Origin: Christensenellales bacterium
GTDB taxonomy: Bacteria > Bacillota > Clostridia > Christensenellales > UBA3700
Length of the DNA stretch: 57,730 nucleotides
NCBI GenBank assembly: GCA_051883395.1
Contig: JBJETQ010000028.1
Span: 1 to 57,730 of the forward strand
Reading direction: 5' to 3'
Position 1 is the stretch's first letter. Each line of letters begins with the position of its first letter. The notes beneath the pieces were generated by a model, which saw only the letters and a list, made by a program, of their open reading frames with translations, was not told the origin of the DNA and did not search any database. Position numbers and translations under genes: made by a program. Shown piece by piece: positions 30,559-39,758 of this stretch.

Positions 30559-31620
30559 ATGAAGATGAAAATGGCTTTCAGGTGGTTTGGCAAGTCCGAC
30601 CCCGTTACGCTGGAAAAAATTGCGCAGATACCCGGCATGCGCTCGGTGGTGTCGGCGGTGTACGACGGAAAACCCGGACAGATATGGGACAAAGAATCGC
30701 TGGAAAATATCAGGCGGGAATGTGAAAAATACGGCTTGATATTTGACGTGGTAGAGTCTGTTCCCGTTCATGAAAATATAAAGCTGGGTGCAAGCGACTC
30801 CGAAAAATTGACGGATATTTATTGTGAAAATATCAAACGCTGCGCCGGCGTAGGTATAAAATGCGTTACTTACAATTTTATGCCCGTGTTTGATTGGACT
30901 CGTACTCAACTGGACAAAAAAGCGGCGGACGGGTCGACGAGTCTCGTAATGTATGCCGACCAATTGAAAAACATGAATCCGCTTATAGATGACGTAGATT
31001 TGCCGGGGTGGGACAGCAGTTATAGCAGGGACGAAATAAGAGAACTGATTGAACAGTACGGCAAGCTGGGCGAAGAAGGGCTGTGGAGCAATCTGGAAAA
31101 GTTTCTGAAAAGAATAATACCTGTTGCTCAAAGCTGCGGCGTAAAGATGGCTATTCATCCCGACGATCCGCCTTATCCTATTTTTGGGTTGCCGAGAATA
31201 ATTGCGGACGAAAGGGCGCTGGACAGAGTGCTGAGCATCGTTGACAGTCCGAGCAACTGTCTGTGCCTATGTACAGGGTCGCTTGGTTGCGTAAAGAGTA
31301 ACGACGTGATAAAAATGATAGAAAAATTTGCCGCACGTGGCAAGATTGCTTTTGCTCATCTGCGCAACGTCGGGATAGTAGGCGACGGCTCGTTTGAGGA
31401 GAGAGCGCATTTGTCGAGTTGCGGTTCGCTGGATATGTATGGCGTAGTAAAGGCGTTGGTAAAGGCAGGTTACGACGGCTACGTCAGACCCGACCACGGC
31501 AGAATGATATGGGGAGAACGTGGCAAGCCCGGATACGGACTGTTTGACAGGGCGTTGGGGGCAACTTATATAAACGGCTTGTTTGAAGCCTTGGAAAAGG
31601 AGTATGAAAATGACAAATAA
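30559..31620 (+). CDS. uxuA: Mannonate dehydratase
   Basis: MKMKMAFRWFGKSDPVTLEKIAQIPG. Starts 2 nt after the uxaC stop. Confidence 0.95.
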   Translation: MKMKMAFRWFGKSDPVTLEKIAQIPGMRSVVSAVYDGKPGQIWDKESLENIRRECEKYGLIFDVVESVPVHENIKLGASDSEKLTDIYCENIKRCAGVGIKCVTYNFMPVFDWTRTQLDKKAADGSTSLVMYADQLKNMNPLIDDVDLPGWDSSYSRDEIRELIEQYGKLGEEGLWSNLEKFLKRIIPVAQSCGVKMAIHPDDPPYPIFGLPRIIADERALDRVLSIVDSPSNCLCLCTGSLGCVKSNDVIKMIEKFAARGKIAFAHLRNVGIVGDGSFEERAHLSSCGSLDMYGVVKALVKAGYDGYVRPDHGRMIWGERGKPGYGLFDRALGATYINGLFEALEKEYENDK

Positions 31621-32461
31621 CGTGCTTAATACAAATCTTAGCGGTAAAGTAGCCGTGATTACGGGCGCAGGCGGCGTGCTGGGCGGCTATTTTGCAAAAG
31701 TTCTTGCAAGGGCAGGAGCAAAGGTGGCGCTGCTCGATCTCAACGTCAACGGGGCGGCAAATTGCGCCGAAGAAATTGTCGAAGAAGGCGGCGTTGCCAA
31801 GGCATACGCCTGCAACGTGCTGGACGAAGAAGCTTGCAAAATCGTGGCGGAACAGGTCAGACAAGAGCTGGGCAATTGCGACCTGCTTGTCAACGGAGCC
31901 GGCGGCAACAACCCCAGAGCGACTACCGACAAGGAATATTTTGAAAACGGTGATCTCGATAGCGGAATAAAAACTTTTTTTGACCTTGACGACGAAGGCG
32001 TAGCGTGGGTATTCGACCTTAATTTTTTGGGTACGCTCATTCCTACGCAGGCGTTTGGCAGGCAGATGGTGGGAAGAAATGGGTGCAGTATAATCAATAT
32101 CTCGTCAATGAACGCCTTTACTCCGCTGACCAAAATTCCTGCTTATTCGGGCGCTAAGGCGGCAATCAGCAACTTTACACAATGGCTTGCCGTGCATTTC
32201 AGTCGGGTGGGAATAAGAGTCAACGCTATCGCTCCGGGATTTTTTTCTACCAAGCAAAATGCAAAATTGTTGTGGAACGATGACGGCACTCCTACCGCCC
32301 GCACAGGTAAAATTCTTGCGGCGACGCCAATGGGAAGATTTGGAGAAAGCGAAGAACTTGAAGGCTCGTTACTCTTTTTGGCGGACGAAAGAGCGGCAGG
32401 TTTTATTACCGGCATAGTTTTGCCAGTTGACGGTGGATTTTCTGCTTATTCGGGGGTGTAA
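31610..32461 (+). CDS. uxuB: SDR-type D-mannonate oxidoreductase (fructuronate reductase)
   Basis: LSGKVAVITGAGGVLG Rossmann motif and YSGAKAA catalytic motif. AAGGAG SD. Overlaps the uxuA stop. An ATG at 31604 is an alternative start. Confidence 0.8.
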   Translation: MTNNVLNTNLSGKVAVITGAGGVLGGYFAKVLARAGAKVALLDLNVNGAANCAEEIVEEGGVAKAYACNVLDEEACKIVAEQVRQELGNCDLLVNGAGGNNPRATTDKEYFENGDLDSGIKTFFDLDDEGVAWVFDLNFLGTLIPTQAFGRQMVGRNGCSIINISSMNAFTPLTKIPAYSGAKAAISNFTQWLAVHFSRVGIRVNAIAPGFFSTKQNAKLLWNDDGTPTARTGKILAATPMGRFGESEELEGSLLFLADERAAGFITGIVLPVDGGFSAYSGV

Positions 32462-32462
32462 T

Positions 32463-33017
32463 ATGGACAAGTATATTCCTGTTGTGGTGATAGAAAAGAT
32501 ACAAGATACCGACAAAATTTTGTCGGCGCTCAAACGTCAGGGTATTTTTACAGCCGAGATTACGTTTCGTACTCCGTGCGCCCAAGAAGCTATCGTGCTG
32601 GCAAAAAAACGTCATAGCGACATGTGTATTGGCGCCGGTACGGTCATCAACGCTGAACAATGCCAAAGAGCGATAGACGCAGGCGCTCAGTTTATTGTTT
32701 CGCCGGGGCTGAGCGTACAAGTGGCAAAGATATGCAAAGAAAAAAACGTGCCGTATTATCCCGGTTGCGTAACTCCTACCGAGATTATGCAGGCGTTGGA
32801 TATGGGTTTGACTACGCTCAAATTTTTCCCGTCGGGCATATACGGCGGGTTAGACGCTCTCAAAGCGCTGTCCGCACCTTTTCCGCAAATAAAATTTATT
32901 CCGACAGGCGGAGTGGACAGAAACAATATCGAACAATATCTTGCCTATGACAAGGTGGTTGCCGTGGGCGGAAGTTTTTTTGTAAAAGAAGCGTTGGACG
33001 GAGATAAAAATGAATAA
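32463..33017 (+). CDS. eda: 2-dehydro-3-deoxy-phosphogluconate (KDPG) aldolase
   Basis: AEITFRTPCA, GAGTV, and LKFFPS (Schiff-base Lys). Confidence 0.9.
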   Translation: MDKYIPVVVIEKIQDTDKILSALKRQGIFTAEITFRTPCAQEAIVLAKKRHSDMCIGAGTVINAEQCQRAIDAGAQFIVSPGLSVQVAKICKEKNVPYYPGCVTPTEIMQALDMGLTTLKFFPSGIYGGLDALKALSAPFPQIKFIPTGGVDRNNIEQYLAYDKVVAVGGSFFVKEALDGDKNE

Positions 33018-34032
33018 AATAGTTACCTTTGGAGAATTGATGCTCAGGCTTACCCCTGACGGATATAACAGGTTGTTTCAGGACGACAAGCTGAACGCAA
33101 CCTTCGGCGGCGGAGAAGCCAACGTAGCCGTTTCGCTTGCCAACTTTGGTATGAACAGCGTATTTGTGAGCAAATTGCCACGCCACAGCGTAGGACAAGC
33201 GGCTGTAAATTCTTTGAGAAATTTTGGCGTAGACGTCTCCAACGTTGTCAGAGACGGCGATAGAGTAGGAATATATTTTCTCGAAAAAGGAGCGTCGCAA
33301 AGGGGCAGCGTATGCATCTATGACCGGGCAGGGTCCGCTTTTGCACTTGCCGATGAAGATGACTTCGATTGGGATAAGATACTCGACGGGGCAGATTGGT
33401 TTCATTTTACGGGGATAACTCCTGCGCTTGGCGATAACGTGGCAAAAATTTGCGAACGAGCATGCAAAACAGCAAAAGAAAAGGGAGTCAAAGTATCATG
33501 CGATCTTAATTATCGTGGAAAGCTGTGGAGCAGAGAAAAAGCCAGAGCCGTGATGAATGAATTGTGTAAATACGTGGACGTGTGCATTGCCAATGAAGAA
33601 GACGCCAAGGACGTGTTTGGCATAGAAGCCGAATCTACCGATATTTACGGCGGAAAACTCAACCACGAAGGATATAAATCGGTGGCTGTTCAACTTGCCG
33701 AGCAGTTTGGCTTTGAAAAGGTGGCGATTACTCTGCGCAGTTCGATTTCTGCCAGCGATAACGACTGGGCAGGAATGTTGTACGACGGCAAAGAGTTTTG
33801 TTTTTCCAAGTCTTATCACCTTCATATAGTGGACAGAGTAGGCGGTGGCGATTCGTTTGGCGGCGGACTAATCTATGCGCTTGTCAGCGGAAAAACCAGC
33901 AAAGAAGCCATAGAATTTGCAGTTGCCGCATCGGCTCTCAAACACTCAATAGAAGGCGACTACAATCGGGTGAGCGTGAGCGAAGTGGAAAAGTTGGTAA
34001 GTGGAGACGGAAGCGGACGTGTGCAACGCTGA
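33010..34032 (+). CDS. kdgK: 2-dehydro-3-deoxygluconokinase (PfkB family)
   Basis: MNKIVTFGELMLRLTP and GGGDSFGGGLIYAL. 8-nt overlap with eda. Confidence 0.92.
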   Translation: MNKIVTFGELMLRLTPDGYNRLFQDDKLNATFGGGEANVAVSLANFGMNSVFVSKLPRHSVGQAAVNSLRNFGVDVSNVVRDGDRVGIYFLEKGASQRGSVCIYDRAGSAFALADEDDFDWDKILDGADWFHFTGITPALGDNVAKICERACKTAKEKGVKVSCDLNYRGKLWSREKARAVMNELCKYVDVCIANEEDAKDVFGIEAESTDIYGGKLNHEGYKSVAVQLAEQFGFEKVAITLRSSISASDNDWAGMLYDGKEFCFSKSYHLHIVDRVGGGDSFGGGLIYALVSGKTSKEAIEFAVAASALKHSIEGDYNRVSVSEVEKLVSGDGSGRVQR

Positions 34033-34228
34033 ATGTCTGAACTGCTGCGTGCATATTGACCTGCTTGCGTTTCTGCCCGCCGTATTACGACGCATACGCC
34101 CACAGGCATCTTCTTTTTGACTTAGACACGCCGTCGCAAAACCTTGTATCAAGAGCCTTGTATATTTGTGTAAAAGAGCAATAAAATTTTTGACAAAGCA
34201 TTACTATATATCTGTCATATCACAGTTG

Positions 34229-34264
34229 CCTACAAAATACAAACAAATGTTTGCATTTTGTAGG
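34229..34264. promoter_or_regulatory. 36-nt near-perfect palindrome overlapping the dinB -35 element (SOS-box-like core)
   Basis: CCTACAAAATACAAACAAATGTTTGCATTTTGTAGG, with 16 of 18 positions paired. The core AAAC-AAAT-GTTT resembles the Firmicute LexA box GAAC-N4-GTTC. Confidence 0.5.
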
Positions 34265-34279
34265 CGCTTGTGCTATACT
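34251..34279 (+). promoter_or_regulatory. Sigma-A promoter for dinB
   Basis: TTGCAT, 17 nt spacer, TGCTATACT (extended -10). The -10 ends 6 nt before the ATG and there is no SD. Confidence 0.5.
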
Positions 34280-34285
34280 GGCTCT

Positions 34286-35515
34286 ATGGACAAGGTGATT
34301 TTGCATTGCGACGCCAACAACTTTTATGCCAGCGTCGCATGTATGTTGGACAAGAGTTTGCAGGGAAAATGTGTGGCGGTTTCGGGCGACCCGACCAAGC
34401 GACACGGCATTATTCTGGCAAAAAATCAAAGAGCTAAGGAGATGGGCGTAAAGACGGGGGACGTGATATGGGAAGCAAAGAAAAAGTGTCCGTCTCTTGT
34501 GTTGGTTGCTCCGCAATACGACATGTACGTCAAGTATTCCGATATTCTGTTTGACATATATACGCAGTACACCGACAGAGTCGAGCCTTTTGGCATAGAC
34601 GAATGTTGGCTGGACGTAACTCATTCTTTGAAATTGTTTGGAAGCGGACAGAAGATAGCCGATACGTTGAGAGAGCGGATAAAGAATGAAGTGGGAATTA
34701 CAATATCGGTGGGAGTGTCTTTTAATAAGATTTTTGCAAAACTCGGCTCTGACATGAAAAAGCCCGACGCCACTACCATAATCAGCAGAGAAAACTATCG
34801 CCAAAAGACCTGGGGACTGCCCGTAAGCGATATGATTATGATTGGGCGCAAGACGTGTGCCAAGTTGGAATTGATGGGAATAAAAACTTTGGGCGACCTT
34901 GCCAATACCAACGTAAAAGTGTTGAAAAACAAGTTTGGTATCAACGGTGAAAAAATGTATCTTAACGCCAACGGCATAGGCGAAGACGAAGTGAGATTGT
35001 ATTATCAACCCCATATTCCCAAGAGCATAAGCAACAGTACAACCATGCCTAAGGACGTAACGGATATGAGCGAGATAAGCGCTGTTATCACCGCTTTGAG
35101 CGAAATGGTGGCGGTGAGAATGCGCAAGTACGATTTTGAAGCCGGCGGCGTGGGCGTTGCAATAAGATACAACGATTTCAGCGGAGCGTCGCAACAGAGC
35201 AGACTTGTCGTGCCGACTTCCAATGCAGGCGACATAAGGGATAACGCACTAAAATTGTTGGTGGAATTGAGACAAAAAGACAAACCGATAAGGGCGTTGA
35301 CCGTTTTTACCTGGGATTTGGACAACGGCGGACAAAGACAGATGTCGCTGTTTGACGACCCGCAAGACTCGGAAAAGAAAAACAGACTGGACAAAACCAT
35401 AGACGGTCTGAGAAAAAAGTACGGTTACAACGTGGTTCAATCGGCAAGAGTAATGGAGCATCCGTATATATGCCACGAGCTGGAAGATAGCGAATTTAAA
35501 CCTTTTAAGAAATGA
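34286..35515 (+). CDS. dinB: Y-family DNA polymerase IV
   Basis: MDKVILHCDANNFYASVA and GIDECWLDVT. 409 aa. The track start at 34166 adds a non-homologous extension across the promoter. Confidence 0.9.
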   Translation: MDKVILHCDANNFYASVACMLDKSLQGKCVAVSGDPTKRHGIILAKNQRAKEMGVKTGDVIWEAKKKCPSLVLVAPQYDMYVKYSDILFDIYTQYTDRVEPFGIDECWLDVTHSLKLFGSGQKIADTLRERIKNEVGITISVGVSFNKIFAKLGSDMKKPDATTIISRENYRQKTWGLPVSDMIMIGRKTCAKLELMGIKTLGDLANTNVKVLKNKFGINGEKMYLNANGIGEDEVRLYYQPHIPKSISNSTTMPKDVTDMSEISAVITALSEMVAVRMRKYDFEAGGVGVAIRYNDFSGASQQSRLVVPTSNAGDIRDNALKLLVELRQKDKPIRALTVFTWDLDNGGQRQMSLFDDPQDSEKKNRLDKTIDGLRKKYGYNVVQSARVMEHPYICHELEDSEFKPFKK

Positions 35516-35563
35516 GTATAAGAAAAATCGGCGCAAAATTTTGCGGTAAAATAGTTAGGTACC

Positions 35564-35592
35564 TTGACAATTAAATCGGACGAGAATATAAT
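35564..35592 (+). promoter_or_regulatory. Sigma-A promoter for the marR-ABC operon
   Basis: TTGACA, 17 nt spacer, TATAAT. Confidence 0.65.
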
Positions 35593-35620
35593 ATAGGTAG
35601 GTAAAAACGGGGGAATACGC

Positions 35621-36052
35621 ATGAACGAAGAACTTATAATCAATCTGAGAGATATAGGAAAGATGATGCGCATGCAATATGAAGGTAAGGCAAGTCAGAA
35701 ACGCATTTTGATTATTCTCAACCAATCGGGTGTGATTACACAAAAGAAGTTGACGGAGAGACTGGGTATACAGCCGGGGTCTTTGAGCGAGATAATATCC
35801 AAGATGGAAAAGTCGGGTCTTGTCGTGCGTACGCCTAACCGATACGACCGCAGGACTACCGACGTTGAACTGACAGATCAAGGCAAAGCTCTTGCGAAGG
35901 AAGCCGCTGAGCAAAGAAAAAAAAGACACGAAGCGATGTTTGAATGTCTTAGTGCAGACGAGAAGGCGACTTTGCTTGCTTTGCTTGAAAAGGTTCGAGC
36001 AGATTGGGAATGTCGTTTGAATCAAAAGCCTTGCAGGCGCAGCGGACGTTGA
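35621..36052 (+). CDS. MarR family transcriptional regulator
   Basis: Winged-HTH pattern ILNQSGVITQKKLTERLGIQPGSLSEIISKMEKSGLVVRTPNRYDRRTTDVELT. Confidence 0.88.
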   Translation: MNEELIINLRDIGKMMRMQYEGKASQKRILIILNQSGVITQKKLTERLGIQPGSLSEIISKMEKSGLVVRTPNRYDRRTTDVELTDQGKALAKEAAEQRKKRHEAMFECLSADEKATLLALLEKVRADWECRLNQKPCRRSGR

Positions 36053-36069
36053 TAGGGAAGGAAAGAGTA

Positions 36070-37806
36070 ATGTGGAAATATATCAAAAGGTATTTGCCGT
36101 ATGCCATAATTGCCGCTCTGTTTATGATTGGAGAAGTGCTTATGGATTTGATACAGCCGGGGTTGATGAGCAAGATAGTCGACGAAGGAGTGCTTGGCAT
36201 CAACAACGGCGGAGAGAGCGACATAAGCGTGATATGGAAACTCGGCTTGCTGATGATAGGGCTGGTTTTGTTTGGCGGACTTTGCGGTTCGCTCAACAAC
36301 GTTTTTGTACATCTGGCAGGTCAGAATATCGGAAACGAGATGAGAAAAGACTGTTTTGGCAAAATAATGGCTTTTTCTTTTCCGCAGCTTGATAGATTTG
36401 GTACCGGTTCTCTCGTAACGAGAGTAACCAACGATATAACGCAGGTTCAAAATTTTATTTCTCAGTTTGTAAGGGGTATGATTCGCACCCTGTTGCTGAC
36501 TTTCGGCAGCATGTTTTGTATGTTTCGTCTCAATTATAAATTCGGGCTGGTGGTATTGTGCGCCTTTCCTTTTCTTGTGGGAACCATCGCACTATGTCTG
36601 TCAAAAGCCAATCCTTTGTTTTCCAGATTGCAAGCGCAACTTGATAAAATCAACGATATTATGCAGGAAGACGTGTCGGGGATACGCATAATCAAAGCGT
36701 GCGTGCGTGAAATTTATGAAAAAGTCCGTTTTGGAAAAGCCAACGACGAACTTATCAAAACTCAGCTGAAAACTCTCGTAATATTTGCCTTTATGAATCC
36801 CGTGGTCAATGCGATAATGTATATCGTGGTGGCTGTGATATTGCTGTGGGGGTCTTACGACGTAAATTCAGGCGGCGCAACGCCGGGAAACATCATGGCG
36901 GCAATAACGTATTCGACTCAGCTTCTCAACGGTATTCTTATGCTGGTAATGTTGTTCCAGAATATATCAAGGGGACTGGCGTCCTGGAAAAGAGTAAAGG
37001 AAATTCTTGACTGTCAGCCCGAACTCGTCGACGGCAATTTTGACGGTAAAACGCAGATTGAAGGCGAGATAGAATTTCGCAACGTATCTTTTGCCTATCC
37101 GTCAGGCAGACAAAACGTGCTGTCGGACATAAATCTTACCATACATAAGGGCGAAACGGTGGCTATCGTCGGAGCAACGGGCTGTGGCAAGACGACGCTT
37201 GTCAATCTCATTCCAAGGTTTTACGACGCAAGCGAAGGAGCAATTTTGGTGGACGGCGTTGACGTGCGTGATTATAAGCAGGAAGCGCTCAGAGATAAGA
37301 TAGCGATTGTTTTGCAAAAGAGCGAGCTTTTTAGCGCTTCGATACGAGAAAATATTCAATGGGGACTCTTTGGAGCCGACGACGAGCAAGTAAAAGCCGC
37401 CGCTCATACCGCACAGGCCGACAGCTTTATTTCTGCCTGCCCGAACGGATACGATACGATAGTAGCCGAAAGGGGTATGAGCTTGTCGGGGGGACAAAAA
37501 CAGAGAATATCGATAGCGAGAGCTATTGTGAAACCTGCCGAAATTATTATTTTTGACGATTCTACCAGCGCACTTGATCTAAAAACGGAAGCCGACTTGT
37601 ACAAGGCGTTGCAACAAGCAAGCCCCGACAGTACCAAAATCATTGTCGCTCAACGTATTGCGTCGATACGCAGGGCTGACAGAATCGTCGTAGTGGAAAA
37701 CGGCTCGGTGTCTGCCTGCGGCACGCACGAAGAATTGCTGGAAAGCTGTCCGATTTATCAGGAGATATATCAGTCGCAAATAGGCAAGGAGAACCAAGCG
37801 CTATGA
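36070..37806 (+). CDS. ABC exporter, fused permease/ATPase (half transporter 1)
   Basis: Start MWKYIKRYLPY. Six TM segments, Walker A GATGCGKTT, signature LSGGQKQR, Walker B IIIFDD. Confidence 0.92.
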   Translation: MWKYIKRYLPYAIIAALFMIGEVLMDLIQPGLMSKIVDEGVLGINNGGESDISVIWKLGLLMIGLVLFGGLCGSLNNVFVHLAGQNIGNEMRKDCFGKIMAFSFPQLDRFGTGSLVTRVTNDITQVQNFISQFVRGMIRTLLLTFGSMFCMFRLNYKFGLVVLCAFPFLVGTIALCLSKANPLFSRLQAQLDKINDIMQEDVSGIRIIKACVREIYEKVRFGKANDELIKTQLKTLVIFAFMNPVVNAIMYIVVAVILLWGSYDVNSGGATPGNIMAAITYSTQLLNGILMLVMLFQNISRGLASWKRVKEILDCQPELVDGNFDGKTQIEGEIEFRNVSFAYPSGRQNVLSDINLTIHKGETVAIVGATGCGKTTLVNLIPRFYDASEGAILVDGVDVRDYKQEALRDKIAIVLQKSELFSASIRENIQWGLFGADDEQVKAAAHTAQADSFISACPNGYDTIVAERGMSLSGGQKQRISIARAIVKPAEIIIFDDSTSALDLKTEADLYKALQQASPDSTKIIVAQRIASIRRADRIVVVENGSVSACGTHEELLESCPIYQEIYQSQIGKENQAL

Positions 37807-39632
37807 GTATGAATGAAAGACAGAGACAAAAACTGGAAGAACGCAACATTCCCGGCGCAATGAATCGTGCGCAGCGCTTTGCCGAAGTGGAATATGCAGA
37901 AAATATCGGCGCCACTCTTAAACGTATTGTCAGGTATTTTTTAGGCAATAAAACGATTGTCGTTTGTATGCTGGCGGTGGTTGTGATAGGTACGTTTTGC
38001 GGAATATACGCTCCTACCTTGCAAAGCAAAGCCATTGATATTATTGCAGGAGAAGAAACGGGAGAGCTGATTGCTACGCTGATATTTATGCTTGCGGTAT
38101 ATATGGTGTACGCCGTAAGCGGATTGTTGCAGGGATTGCTGAGCGCAAAGCTGAGCCAGAGCGTAGTCAAAAGAATGAGAGACGAGCTTTTTGGCAAACT
38201 TGTTGATTTGCCTGTGCGCTATCTCGACACACATTCTCACGGCGATGTGATGAGCCGTATGACCAACGATATCGAAAATATATCCACTACGGTATCGCAA
38301 TCTTTGCCGTCGCTGTGTTCGGGTGTGCTGACAGTTGTCGGTACTATGACCATAATGCTGTGCTATTGCTGGCAACTGGCATTGCTGAGTTTTGCCACCC
38401 TTGCGCTGACGCTCATTGCTACCAAGATACTTTCCGGCAGGGTACGCAAGTATTCACGCAAAAGGCAGACTCTGCTTGGGCAACTCAACGGTACGGTAGA
38501 AGAAATGGTTGCAGGTTATCGCACCGTGGTAGCGTACAATCGACAGAACGTTACCGTCAAGAAATTTTGCGATACTGCCGATTCTCTCACAAAAGCCGGA
38601 ATTAAGACGGATATATTCAGCGGAATTATGGGACCGATAATGAACTGTATAGGCAATATCGGATTTGTCATCATTGCCGTTTTCGGCGGTTACTTTTCGA
38701 TAAAAGGCTTGATTTCCGTGGGAGTCATTTCCGCATTTATCGTGTATGCAAAACAGTTGAGCAGACCTATCAACGAGATTGCACAGGTGTATGGTCAGCT
38801 TCAAACGGCAATTGCGGGAGCAGAACGAGTTTTTGCGGTAGTGGACGAAAAAGACGAAAAAAACGAAGACCATGGCGGAATGACGCTGGCAGATGAAAAG
38901 GGTGCTACGATTGAATTTGTAAACGTAAACTTTTCTTATGATTCGATTAATCCCGTCATCAGAGATTTTTCTTTGACGGTGCCTACCGGCAAAAAGGTGG
39001 CTTTGGTAGGCGCAACCGGCAGCGGCAAGACGACTATTGTCAATTTGCTTATGCGGTTCTATGAGATTGACAGCGGAAAAATAACTATCAACGGGCAGGA
39101 CATATCTCAGGTTGCTTTGGATAGTCTGCGCCGCAATATAGCCATAGTTTTGCAAGATACGGTGCTGTTTGCCGATACGATAAGCAAGAATCTGAAATAC
39201 GGCAACGAATATGCCACGGACGTCGAGTTGGATAGGGCGACGGAAATGAGCTGTTGCAAATCTATGATAGAACATTTGCCTGACGGATACGATACCAAGC
39301 TGGAAGGGGCAAATATCAGTCAGGGACAGCGTCAATTGCTTGCCATTGCACGTGCCTTTGTAGCCAACCCTAAGATATTGATTCTCGACGAAGCGACTGC
39401 CAACGTGGACACTCGCACGGAAAAGGCAATTCAGAATGCCATGCAACGCATCATGCAGGGCAGAACGAGTATTGTGATTGCGCATAGATTGTCTACTATC
39501 AGAGATTCCGACGTGATTGTCGTGATGGACAGGGGCAAAATTGTGGAGAGCGGAACTCATGAGAGCCTGCTCAACCAAAAAGGCAAATACTATGAATTGT
39601 ATATGACACAGTTTGCAGGTTTTGCAACGTAA
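37803..39632 (+). CDS. ABC exporter, fused permease/ATPase (half transporter 2)
   Basis: ATGA overlap with the upstream gene. Walker A GATGSGKTT, signature ISQGQRQL, Walker B ILILDE. Confidence 0.92.
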   Translation: MSMNERQRQKLEERNIPGAMNRAQRFAEVEYAENIGATLKRIVRYFLGNKTIVVCMLAVVVIGTFCGIYAPTLQSKAIDIIAGEETGELIATLIFMLAVYMVYAVSGLLQGLLSAKLSQSVVKRMRDELFGKLVDLPVRYLDTHSHGDVMSRMTNDIENISTTVSQSLPSLCSGVLTVVGTMTIMLCYCWQLALLSFATLALTLIATKILSGRVRKYSRKRQTLLGQLNGTVEEMVAGYRTVVAYNRQNVTVKKFCDTADSLTKAGIKTDIFSGIMGPIMNCIGNIGFVIIAVFGGYFSIKGLISVGVISAFIVYAKQLSRPINEIAQVYGQLQTAIAGAERVFAVVDEKDEKNEDHGGMTLADEKGATIEFVNVNFSYDSINPVIRDFSLTVPTGKKVALVGATGSGKTTIVNLLMRFYEIDSGKITINGQDISQVALDSLRRNIAIVLQDTVLFADTISKNLKYGNEYATDVELDRATEMSCCKSMIEHLPDGYDTKLEGANISQGQRQLLAIARAFVANPKILILDEATANVDTRTEKAIQNAMQRIMQGRTSIVIAHRLSTIRDSDVIVVMDRGKIVESGTHESLLNQKGKYYELYMTQFAGFAT

Positions 39633-39664
39633 TAAGCGATAATTATTAACGTTTATAAGGGGTA

Positions 39665-39693
39665 TTGATTTTTTTGGCAGAATATAATATACT
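39665..39693 (+). promoter_or_regulatory. Candidate promoter for galU
   Basis: TTGATT, 17 nt spacer, TATACT. Confidence 0.4.
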
Positions 39694-39758
39694 ATTATTG
39701 TAAGAGTATGATAACCCAACTATCATGCATATTACGGTACTAAATTTTAGGAGTGTAT

